Below, piece after piece: positions 8,260 through 17,423 of a stretch of DNA of 64,000 nucleotides. Numbering within the stretch: position 1 is the first letter of the stretch; every line of letters starts with the position of its first letter. Source of the stretch: a virus (lineage: Duplodnaviria > Heunggongvirae > Uroviricota > Caudoviricetes); IMG/VR virus record IMGVR_UViG_3300028887_000068, positions 64,001 through 128,000 of that record; one strand, written 5' to 3'. Both the position numbers and the translations under genes were made by a program. Under the pieces are notes generated by a model, which saw nothing but the letters and a program-made list of their open reading frames with translations, searched no databases and had not been told where the DNA came from.

Positions 8260-9240
8260 AGGATAAAGGAATACGGCAGCGTACATTGCCGTATCTAGTA
8301 TTTTCATACAGTAATATGGGTAAACTCAAAAAACTCCCCTAGCGTACATTAGGGGAGAGAACCTATAAACTACCGGACGTATGAGCAACCGTCCAGTGAG
8401 GCACAGAAATTCAAAAATGCCCTGTCAGCGTACTTTGACAGGGCGGTATGGAGTTGTTGTTCTGAACGAACAAGATCAATTAGATCGCCAGCCGAAAAAT
8501 CCTATTAGCAGAACCTAGGGCTTTGCGTATGTCTACGGCTTGCTAAAAGCACAAAGCGTTGTAGGATTTACCTGCTAATAAGACCGCTGTTTACTTAGGA
8601 ACCTAGCAGCTTAGAAGATTGACCAAGTTATGCACTCGGATGTAGGATTTACCCTAGTAAACAAGTCGGATGAGCAAAATTCTGGGCAGGACTGCCATAG
8701 TACGTACTTCCCAATCCGAAGATCAGGCATTTTGCCGTCCCTCTCGAAGCGTTTCCTAGGCCGCAACGAGACATCGCTTTTCTTTTTACGACATCACTGT
8801 AGACGTCAGATCAGCCGATGGCCCCAAATTCAACTCTCTCCCCCAATGGCTAATCAAGGGGAGAGAGCCTTAACCATCAACATTCTTCACAGCCGTGCGA
8901 ATTACGGAATGTAAATTACGACCAGCGAAGAATATTGTCTCAGGAGGTAAAATTCTTCCCGCTACAGGCAGGGAGGCAAGTAGCAGGAAAGGTTGGTGTG
9001 TGGAGCCAACCTCGTGTGATCTTTGCCGTGTTGTAGCAAAGTGTTAAACTTAAGGAATTCCCGACATGAGCCAAGATCCACATCGGGAACTCCTTTGGCA
9101 GTCAAGGAGACTGGTATGACTGTACCAGGCACAGAACAAATGAAACTGTGCAGACCGCCTAAAAGGATCATAGAAACTGTTGAAAGGAGGGAAGCGGTGC
9201 TTCCCTCCTACACAACATCAGGTATACATCATTATGATTG
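8260..9240 (-). ncRNA. Candidate large structured ncRNA (about 0.8-1 kb)
   Basis: No credible ORF between groEL and the tRNA; more than 10 strong stems, a duplicated internal-loop module (8503-8580 and 8589-8662) and three terminator-like hairpins at the minus-strand 3' end. Confidence 0.6.
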
Positions 9241-9286
9241 TTTTATAATCATAATTACATGGCTTTATATACTATCATCTTTTTGC

Positions 9287-11038
9287 CTAGCTGAGTCTAG
9301 GACAGAAGAGGAAGCCATTGGATGTAACGATAATAGACACCATAGACAGAGCTTCGGAAATGATTTCCTTATCCGTTCTTGCGGAGTTCAGAACTTCTGT
9401 AGTTTCGATACTGTCAATGTTGCCCTTGCGGATATTCATAATCTGACGATTCTTGAATAGATCTTCTACTTGCTTCGTATCAAGCATAGAGCAACGTGCA
9501 AATACTTTGACGAAAGCCGTACGGATGATTTCGACAAGCTTTTCCACCACATCCAAGATAAGCGGAGAGCCTTCGACAGAATCAAGAGCTGCTTCTGCGA
9601 TAGCCTTCTTACGAGCTTCGTCCGACAGAATAATCGGAACAATGGAGTTACCTGCTGCTACTACACCGAACTGGAGAGCAGACTTGCAGGACAACACAGC
9701 GTCTTCCATGAGATCTGCGAACGAGCCGATAGCAGCTTGAGACGGGCCACCAACGGTAATCACAGCAGAGTAAGCACAGAGACGACCGAAGCGAACCTTG
9801 AGAGCGCCAAGCTCAGAATCAAAGTCGATATGGCCAGATTCGTTAGAGAGCTTTTCGATCTTTTCAAGGAGCATCTGCTTGAGTTCAGAGTATTCCTTCG
9901 TACCAACGCCACGACCTTCAAAGAACGTAGCAGACATGTCCGTTACAACGACACGCTTTGCGAACCCAAGACGATACATGAGACGAGTCGTATCGATCAT
10001 TCCGCGATCAAACACAGTCTTGTCAAGGTTTTCCACCTTGGTCAAGTATTCAATCGGATGAGAATCGGTGTATGTCGCAATGTCGCTGAAATGGAGCTTA
10101 CCCTGAGAAGAGCTTGTAGCATGAGAGCATAAGCAAATGGGCATCTTGTTCTTCGAACGGATGATGTTTTCCTTAGCGAACTGGATAACATCCGGCGTAT
10201 AGTTGTTAGCAATGACGAGAAGAGAACCGCCAATGTCGCCAACGATAGCATTAATGATATCTGCAAGGTTCTTGATTTCCGTCGTTCCAAGAACACCGTC
10301 ATACATGAGAATATAGGTATTCGTCAGTTCAACGTACTTCTTGTCATCATTCTTAACATTGCAGAAGCAGTCATCGACGTATCCACGATACATTTCGAAA
10401 CCACTCTTGTAGTCAACAACAGTGTTCGGACGGTCGCCACGCTGAATATTCACAACACCGAACTTGCCCACTTTCTTGTAGACTTCCGTAATGAGATCAG
10501 CAGCTTCCACATTGTTGTTCGTAGAAGTGATAGCGACATTACGAATCTTGTTCCAGTCTTCTTCCTTAGCTTCATCAACGAAGTATGTTTCCTTCTTGAT
10601 TTCGCCCTGAATTTGCTTGGAGATAGCTTCAAGCATACGGACGATATCGCCACGATAAAGGTATGGGAATTCTTCAAGGAACTTCTTGAGATTGTTAGCA
10701 ATTTCGGATGCGCAGATTACGGCAGAGGTAGAACCATCACCGACAGTACGGACGAGACGCAAGCTAGAACGCTTAACGAATTCCAAGACCACTCGTTCAA
10801 GGTCATTCGGAGAAGTGAGAGATCTGAGAATGGTGTAACCGTCCTTGCTTACCTTATGGCGAAGCTGGACATCTTCAATGATAGTGGTAGAACCCTTCGG
10901 GCCAAAGGATTTGCCAATGATATTAGCGATTTCAGACAGGATTTCCGTAAGCGGAAGATTCTGGTATGAGTTAAACATCGGCTTGTATTCTTTGCTTTCT
11001 CCGCGAATTCCTTCCCACGGATCACGTTCATTCGTCAT
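9287..11038 (-). CDS. groEL: Phage GroEL-like chaperonin
   Basis: SFGPKG, VSKDGYTIL, VGDGSTSAVI (GDGTT motif), LKVRFGRL, EDAVLSCKSALQFGVVAAG. Confidence 0.93.
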   Translation of the reverse strand: MTNERDPWEGIRGESKEYKPMFNSYQNLPLTEILSEIANIIGKSFGPKGSTTIIEDVQLRHKVSKDGYTILRSLTSPNDLERVVLEFVKRSSLRLVRTVGDGSTSAVICASEIANNLKKFLEEFPYLYRGDIVRMLEAISKQIQGEIKKETYFVDEAKEEDWNKIRNVAITSTNNNVEAADLITEVYKKVGKFGVVNIQRGDRPNTVVDYKSGFEMYRGYVDDCFCNVKNDDKKYVELTNTYILMYDGVLGTTEIKNLADIINAIVGDIGGSLLVIANNYTPDVIQFAKENIIRSKNKMPICLCSHATSSSQGKLHFSDIATYTDSHPIEYLTKVENLDKTVFDRGMIDTTRLMYRLGFAKRVVVTDMSATFFEGRGVGTKEYSELKQMLLEKIEKLSNESGHIDFDSELGALKVRFGRLCAYSAVITVGGPSQAAIGSFADLMEDAVLSCKSALQFGVVAAGNSIVPIILSDEARKKAIAEAALDSVEGSPLILDVVEKLVEIIRTAFVKVFARCSMLDTKQVEDLFKNRQIMNIRKGNIDSIETTEVLNSARTDKEIISEALSMVSIIVTSNGFLFCPRLS

Positions 11039-11066
11039 ATTTACTCCTTTAGTTAGGTATCAAAAT

Positions 11067-12020
11067 TTAGTTCTTTTCCTTGGTGATAAGACCTTCGAAT
11101 CCCGGTACATCAACGGTTGAAGAGAGGAAGTCAAGCTTCTTTAATACTTCCTTCCTGTTGTCTACATCAAAGAGATCGAAGTATCCTATTTCAGAACAAT
11201 GAAAACCATCATTCGCTCCAAGCATACGTTCAACAAGAAGAAGTGTCATTCCTGCATAGCTGTCAAGCTCCACTTTCTTCCTCTTACCGAGCTTTCTAAA
11301 AGTCTTTGCTCTAAGATTCCAACGAAATTCCGAGTCATGGATAAACGCACCAAGACAGAGTTTCTCAACAGCATCTTCGGCAAGCTTAAGGACACCGTGA
11401 AGACGGATGTATCTCCAGTGTTCGCTCTTCTTAAAGATACGGTCAAAGAGCTTACCGGGTTTGGATACTTCTGGAGATTCAACTGTTTCTACGATATCAG
11501 CAAGATACTCGGAAGCAGCTGTGTAAGCATAGTGCATGTCTCTATAGTATCTCGCCTTTTCTAAGCGTTCATCCTGATAACGGCGATAAGCACCCTTAAG
11601 ATGTTCTTCAAGCCACTTTTCATCTGTTACCTTGTCAATGACAGCCTTTGTGCTTACGTTGTAATCCTTGATTTCAGAACCGACGATAAGGTTCTGGTCA
11701 AACTTGGACTGGAAAAGAACATTCATCATGGCAAGACCCATGCAGATTTCTGCCTTGGCGTACATGACGTACTTGTCAATCTTTGGCAATCGGCATGGCG
11801 GGAAGTCGTAACTACCATTTCCTTTCGGGATAAAGTCGCTTTCGGATAGATTGTTCAAAAATTCTCTACAGCGTTCAGACACCTTCTGGAAGGATGTTCT
11901 GTTGAGCCAGTCCGCTTCTTCACTGGAAACATAACCGTCGCCTAAGAGTCTAAAGATACCGATTTGGACATCCTTAAGGATTTTTCCAAACTCTGTGGAA
12001 CCGAAGATAGAAATAATCAT
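11067..12020 (-). CDS. Hypothetical protein
   Basis: 317-aa ORF with AGGAG SD. Confidence 0.75.
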   Translation of the reverse strand: MIISIFGSTEFGKILKDVQIGIFRLLGDGYVSSEEADWLNRTSFQKVSERCREFLNNLSESDFIPKGNGSYDFPPCRLPKIDKYVMYAKAEICMGLAMMNVLFQSKFDQNLIVGSEIKDYNVSTKAVIDKVTDEKWLEEHLKGAYRRYQDERLEKARYYRDMHYAYTAASEYLADIVETVESPEVSKPGKLFDRIFKKSEHWRYIRLHGVLKLAEDAVEKLCLGAFIHDSEFRWNLRAKTFRKLGKRKKVELDSYAGMTLLLVERMLGANDGFHCSEIGYFDLFDVDNRKEVLKKLDFLSSTVDVPGFEGLITKEKN

Positions 12021-12187
12021 GTTGTCTCCTTTGTGGTTGTTGACATTTTTCAGTTCTGTACATTTCGGAATTTCTAAGTACCGTAAAATTCTGAGACTTG
12101 ATAGTTTAATAATTCATGACAAAATCAATAGGACTGATACGAGTGTATAGTTCTATCTTAACCTTGCCAAGCTCAGGAGGCTATATT

Positions 12188-12490
12188 ATGGCACAGTTTA
12201 ACACCCTTGAAGAAATCGTCGCACACGCCAATGCTATTCGTGAAGAAATTCGTGAAGCCGTGTTCGTTTCTCTCTTCAGCCAGTCCGCTGGTGTCCGTCA
12301 AGTGAAGATTCTCAAAGACGAGAATGCTTCCGTTCTTCGTTATGAGGAACGCGAAGTTGATGGAGTGATCCGCGCCGTTATTTATACCAAGCCGGATTAT
12401 TTCGTTGCTGCAGTGAACGAGTTGAAGAGGGTTGCAGGAATGTGGAATCGTCGTTGGGAAGTAAACGGCAATTTCGCAATTGCAAAATAA
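12188..12490 (+). CDS. Hypothetical protein
   Basis: Start 12188 behind CAGGAGG. Confidence 0.75.
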   Translation: MAQFNTLEEIVAHANAIREEIREAVFVSLFSQSAGVRQVKILKDENASVLRYEEREVDGVIRAVIYTKPDYFVAAVNELKRVAGMWNRRWEVNGNFAIAK

Positions 12491-12780
12491 ACTTCTTCCG
12501 TTAAGAGGGGAGCAGATGATCATTGCCGAATGGTGTGATTGTCTGCTCTTTTCTTTTTTGTAGGTTTATAAAAGAAAAGAAGAAAGAAGCAAAGAAGAAA
12601 AGAAAAATCTATTAAAAGATTTTTCTTCTCATTTTAAAAGTTATCTCTTAAACTGTCTTTAAGTATCTTCATTTTTTTTTCTATAAGTTTATTATAATAA
12701 CTTATAATTGCAATTTTCTAAACTAAAGAAAGAACCATTGAGAATTGTATATTAAGGTTGGAACCTCATAAGGAGAAAAC

Positions 12781-14217
12781 ATGGAAGACCAAGAACAAGT
12801 TAGTCTGGTTATCAATGGTACATCGTCTGGGCTAAAGCTGTCTGGATTGTGTGCGATCACCGGAATCGAGAATAAGGAGATTGAGACTCTAACTTTCAAC
12901 AAGAAAAGGGTTTACAGTAACCAATGTGCCGATATTGCGGAAACATGGTCTGAGATCCTGAGTATTGACGAAGTAGACGACGTCGAAGTTCTCTTGACTA
13001 TCGGAAACTTGCTTAACCAAAGTGTCAACCATCAAATCATCTCGCTTGTATCCCTAGAAGAATCTCTAGGGCTTATCATAGATCCACTCATTAAGGTGGT
13101 GTACAAGTATTGCGATGAACATTACGAGATTGAAACTCGTATCACAACGCCTAATGAAGAACTCATCTGGCATAGAGACCATATCATCGGTCTATTGACA
13201 GCCGCATATCTGTATCGCTTTATCTCACCCATTATTCTGGGGATTTACGGCGAGAATGAAAAACTCGGAGATTGCGGAGAATGTCTTGCAGAGTTCTTCT
13301 TGAAGATTTTAAAGAGGATTAGCGTAGAATGCTACGATCGCCCAGTGAAACTTGAAAACAAGTTGCACAGGCTTGTATCCGCTAGAGTGTCTTCGACTGA
13401 ATACACGGATATGCTCATCTGGAGCTATCTTAGTAATGTCGGTCTGAGTCAGTCTCAGCAGATTCACGCCATTTACAGTAGGGTCATCACGGATATCATT
13501 CCGAAATTGAAACTGACAGAAAACGTGCTTACATTCTTGTATGTCGTCTTGAAGAGACAGCTCTCGTTCAGCTTCCGTAGTAAGCTTCCGAAGGAATACA
13601 GTTCCTTTAACAGCTTGCTTGAAGCAGACAGTGCATCTGTCTTCGATAAGAACGGCAACTATAGTGAGCATGATGAGTTCCTCCTTGCGATTCAAGATTT
13701 CGCGATCGATGATGCCATCGTCCGTATCAAGAATACTTACAAGGTGGATCTGGCAGAGCCGATTCAGGAATTCAAGCCGTCTGACGAGAGAAACATCATT
13801 CTGTTCTCTATTCTGTCGAAGTTCATTTCATCAATGGAAATTATTAGCTCGTTGACTACGGAGAAGTACTCCTATATCATGAGCTTGATTATCACCATTC
13901 TGGAAAAGTATCATCTGACGGAATTGTCGAAGTTGATGTATGCAGAACCGTTGGAAGATAGGCTGCCGCTTACTGTATCAAGAGAGAAAGCTCTGGAGAA
14001 ACGCCTTACGACCATCAAGGAAGAAAAGCGTTATAAGGAAGTAGTCTCTCAGGTTGGGAAGATCATCGGGGATAGAGCAGATACAGCGAATCCTATTATT
14101 AGAACCTTCGAGCTGGCGTTTAGATCATCTTATGTTGATTCGGACGGGGAAGAAGTAGAAATCAATCTTGAGATTCTCGAACAGAACCTCTTGTTGTTTA
14201 TCAAACTCCTCGTCTAA
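12781..14217 (+). CDS. Probable non-virion RNAP promoter-specificity (sigma-like) subunit, phiKZ gp68/AR9 gp226-like
   Basis: WHRDHIIGLLTAAYLYRFISPIILGIY resembles the conserved gp68-family segment as I recall it; size 478 aa; located next to the chaperonin gene, as in AR9. Confidence 0.55.
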   Translation: MEDQEQVSLVINGTSSGLKLSGLCAITGIENKEIETLTFNKKRVYSNQCADIAETWSEILSIDEVDDVEVLLTIGNLLNQSVNHQIISLVSLEESLGLIIDPLIKVVYKYCDEHYEIETRITTPNEELIWHRDHIIGLLTAAYLYRFISPIILGIYGENEKLGDCGECLAEFFLKILKRISVECYDRPVKLENKLHRLVSARVSSTEYTDMLIWSYLSNVGLSQSQQIHAIYSRVITDIIPKLKLTENVLTFLYVVLKRQLSFSFRSKLPKEYSSFNSLLEADSASVFDKNGNYSEHDEFLLAIQDFAIDDAIVRIKNTYKVDLAEPIQEFKPSDERNIILFSILSKFISSMEIISSLTTEKYSYIMSLIITILEKYHLTELSKLMYAEPLEDRLPLTVSREKALEKRLTTIKEEKRYKEVVSQVGKIIGDRADTANPIIRTFELAFRSSYVDSDGEEVEINLEILEQNLLLFIKLLV

Positions 14218-14225
14218 GGAGAACT

Positions 14226-15266
14226 ATGCACATAATCGAGAAAGCTTTGCTCGATGCGTACGACGGTTGGACTCAGCTCTCAAACGGCGAGCGAAACCGT
14301 CTCATACGATGCCCTGAATGTGGCGACTCTGAAAAACTTGATCACGGACATCTTTCCATCACAAGAAGTTATCCGTTCCTTTACAAGTGTTTCAGGTGCA
14401 ACTGGTCTGGAGCAGTGAATGCCGATTTCTTAAAGACCTTCGGAGTGGAAATCACACCGGAGCTTGAATCGGCTTTACAGGAGAACAGACAAGCTGTCAA
14501 GGCAACGGCTGGAGAACATGCTGCCAACCGCGCTAAGAACATTCAGAGTATTGTACGAGGATTGTCATCCCAGTTGACTGTGCCTCCTTTGAATGATACC
14601 GACAAAAGTTCCGAACAGATCCAGTATGTCTTTAGACGTTTCAATACGGAATTCACTGATGAAGACCTGAAGAGATTTGCGGTTGTACCCGATCTCAGAA
14701 GGTTCTGGAAGGCGAACCGTATCTCGTCTTTACCTAGGAAGAAGGAAGACCTATCAGTTATCGCTGATGACTATGTGGCATTCTCTGATTCCGGTTGTAA
14801 TGGACTAATCTGCAGGAATATTAGAGACGAAGAATTGCTTGGAAGATATCAAGAGGTTCGATTTCGGAAGAACAAGGAACGTCTCTACTGTTTCAAAAAG
14901 AAACTAGACTTAAAAGAAACAAAAATAAATTTGGTCATCGCTGAAGGTATCTTTGACCTGATCGGGATATGGAACAAGTTTCCTTCTATCCGCGAAGGCC
15001 ATCTGCTTGCAGCGTGCTTGGGAAAGAGTCCGGCTAAAATTATCGACTTCTTCACTGAACTCGGATACTTGGATCAAAGCATCGCAATCTTTGCAGATAA
15101 CGATGTGGAAGATAGTTATATACTTAAGGACATTCGTGAACTTGAGTATCCTAAGATTCTGAATTACAGAGTGACGATAGTACGAAATTCTAAGGGCCAT
15201 GACTTCGGAGTACCAGCTGACCAGATAAGCATCAAGAGTCGGCGTATAAGCAACAGACAGATGTAA
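14226..15266 (+). CDS. DNA primase (zinc finger + TOPRIM)
   Basis: RCPECGDS...H...YKCFRCN zinc ribbon; LVIAEGIFD and FADNDV TOPRIM motifs. Confidence 0.85.
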   Translation: MHIIEKALLDAYDGWTQLSNGERNRLIRCPECGDSEKLDHGHLSITRSYPFLYKCFRCNWSGAVNADFLKTFGVEITPELESALQENRQAVKATAGEHAANRAKNIQSIVRGLSSQLTVPPLNDTDKSSEQIQYVFRRFNTEFTDEDLKRFAVVPDLRRFWKANRISSLPRKKEDLSVIADDYVAFSDSGCNGLICRNIRDEELLGRYQEVRFRKNKERLYCFKKKLDLKETKINLVIAEGIFDLIGIWNKFPSIREGHLLAACLGKSPAKIIDFFTELGYLDQSIAIFADNDVEDSYILKDIRELEYPKILNYRVTIVRNSKGHDFGVPADQISIKSRRISNRQM

Positions 15267-15356
15267 AGCGGAGAAATCCGCTTTATTTTTTCTTTTCTTA
15301 TAAAGAAACAGAAAATAAATCATACAAAACTCCTCTATGAATAAGGAGATACAGCT

Positions 15357-16535
15357 ATGGCTGATAGTGCAGAATTTATCAAGCTTGCCCCGTCTATTAC
15401 AAGAGCAATCAAGAAGCCCGGTCAGATTTCTAAGATCCAAGCGTTTATCAAGAACAGAATTTCGCTTAATAGTGAAATTCTCTCTAAGCCGTACATGGAG
15501 TATCCGAAAGCTCTCATCACAGTGAAAGACCAAGATGAGTTCTTTGAGCTTTGCGGAACCAACAAGGACGATATCGCTGTAGCTATCCAGAATACTACCG
15601 AGAAGAACGTGAAAGCTGGTATGGCTATGTACAAGGCCCCTATGTATCTCGGTTGTACAATGATTATCCGCCAGTTGCTTCTAGCTAAGGACTTGAAGAC
15701 AGCTAACCTTGTATCTGTCTTTTATTTTTGCTGGCTCTATGAGAAGATGATCAGCAAGTACTTCGAGAATGGCATTAAGGAAGAAGTGATGGTGTATACC
15801 GTCAACAACATTTCCGAGAAGTTCCTTCTCCGAAAGCTTGGCAGTGTTTTCAAGCTTCTTATCTATTGCTCTGATGCTATGATGAAGAAGAACGGCAGTT
15901 TCCTTGTGAAGTCTAAGGATCCGGATATCTGGTTATACCCGTCTGCTTCTAGAAACAAGCTGAACCTCTCTATCCAGAACATCGCTCATGTATACTACGA
16001 TAACTTCGAGGCAGGTAACTACTTCAATGCTGTCAGCTCTAACGCTGTTGATGAAGAAGGCGAAGAGTACACAAAGGACATTGAGACATCCTCCGGTACT
16101 ATCCAGAAGGCTGCTTCCAAGTTTGAAATGTTCTTCATTCGTAATGAGATTGACCCAGTTCTTTGTAAGCTAACGGCTTCTATGATTATCGGTATATCTG
16201 ACAAGGGTGTTCATGGGATGATGGAGCGCATCAAGATGAACAATGTTCAGGATGCCAAGGAGTTCGTTATCTGCTGTCTCGACTACTTCTCTAGAAGTCT
16301 GAAGGACTTTGAGCTTAGGTTCATCAAGGCTAAGGGTTTCGGTATTCTCGTATCGAAGACATTGGTGAAGAAGACGAACAAAGATATTGTGTTTAAGAAA
16401 CTGTTCGACAGTATTGGAAGAATGGCAAACTCATCTTCTGATACGTATAGAACATCTACGAGAGCAGCAACGAAACTCAACATAGAACGTGCTATCGCCG
16501 TCTATCTGGCTCTCACCTTACAGAAAGCGTACTAG
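15357..16535 (+). CDS. Hypothetical protein (late promoter; possibly structural)
   Basis: 392-aa ORF, AAGGAG SD, AACT-N6-TG at 15328-15340. Confidence 0.8.
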   Translation: MADSAEFIKLAPSITRAIKKPGQISKIQAFIKNRISLNSEILSKPYMEYPKALITVKDQDEFFELCGTNKDDIAVAIQNTTEKNVKAGMAMYKAPMYLGCTMIIRQLLLAKDLKTANLVSVFYFCWLYEKMISKYFENGIKEEVMVYTVNNISEKFLLRKLGSVFKLLIYCSDAMMKKNGSFLVKSKDPDIWLYPSASRNKLNLSIQNIAHVYYDNFEAGNYFNAVSSNAVDEEGEEYTKDIETSSGTIQKAASKFEMFFIRNEIDPVLCKLTASMIIGISDKGVHGMMERIKMNNVQDAKEFVICCLDYFSRSLKDFELRFIKAKGFGILVSKTLVKKTNKDIVFKKLFDSIGRMANSSSDTYRTSTRAATKLNIERAIAVYLALTLQKAY

Positions 16536-16546
16536 GAGATTTTACC

Positions 16547-17329
16547 ATGAACTTCAAAGACTTACTCAACAACCCTGTCGGAAAGGGATCAGGAAACGTC
16601 GCAGCTCGTTATACAATCATCAACGACCTGAAGCGTAGAATGGCTCTTCAGCAGGGTATCGGCGGATTCGAGTTAACTGTCTATGACAGGCCTAGCGGTG
16701 ATGGCTGGATCCTCTTCTTCAGAGTGATGTCTGAGAAGTTCTATCAAAAGGTAAAGTTATACTACGATACTGTCTTAGAAATCATCCCCGGCCCGGAAGA
16801 CAACTCGAACTCTATCTTGGAAAGCGAAGTGAGAGTGATGTCTAACATTCCTTCATTCGCTTTTACATACGCATATGTAGCCAAGCAGAAAGGGATGACA
16901 ATCCCTTGGTTAGAGCAGAGATTCCCTGCTATATTCTGGCAGAAGGCACCTGAAGTTAGGAACCCAGATGCCTTGTTCGGTTTTGAAAAGTCTATCATGT
17001 TTGTAGCCTACTGGCTTCAGGAGAACAAGTATCACTTTAAGAAAGCATTGAAAGAGCTGTCTAAGGGAAAGGCGAGACTACCTGTGCTTATCTCCAAATT
17101 CGCTCCCTTTACGAAAAAGAAAGCGGAGTACGATGAAGCCATGAAGCAAGTGAAGGAGCTTCAGAAGAAGACCGGCTTCAGGGTGAGCAAAGACAGAAAG
17201 ACAGGGAAAATGACTGTCAAGATTCGTGGGCAACTAGCCAAGAGCACAAGAAAAGCTCATGTTAGAAAGGTGGCTAGAGAAGCTGTTTCTAATCAGATCC
17301 ATCCACAGCGTCCTACGAATCACTTGTAA
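16547..17329 (+). CDS. Hypothetical protein with basic C-terminus
   Basis: 260-aa ORF, AGGAG SD. Confidence 0.8.
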   Translation: MNFKDLLNNPVGKGSGNVAARYTIINDLKRRMALQQGIGGFELTVYDRPSGDGWILFFRVMSEKFYQKVKLYYDTVLEIIPGPEDNSNSILESEVRVMSNIPSFAFTYAYVAKQKGMTIPWLEQRFPAIFWQKAPEVRNPDALFGFEKSIMFVAYWLQENKYHFKKALKELSKGKARLPVLISKFAPFTKKKAEYDEAMKQVKELQKKTGFRVSKDRKTGKMTVKIRGQLAKSTRKAHVRKVAREAVSNQIHPQRPTNHL

Positions 17330-17423
17330 TTTTATATCCGTTGAGAATCGTCTCAACGGATTCTCTTTCCTCTTCATTGGCCTATATTTGCGAACTTAAA
17401 AATGAACCACACCCGGAGTAAAC

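Noticed and set aside
8271-8662. CRISPR array
   Set aside because: The repeats are short loop or module matches with different stems, not constant-length direct repeats with spacers; no cas genes in the window.
8260-9240. RNase P RNA or tmRNA identity for the large structured region
   Set aside because: I found no GAGGAAAGUCC / AACAGAA..CGGCUUA pair and no tRNA-like T arm with CCA end on either strand.
8630-9460. ORFs 8630-8914, 8962-9171 and 9023-9460 in the structured region
   Set aside because: No SD, atypical codons, and they run through strong stems or antisense to groEL.
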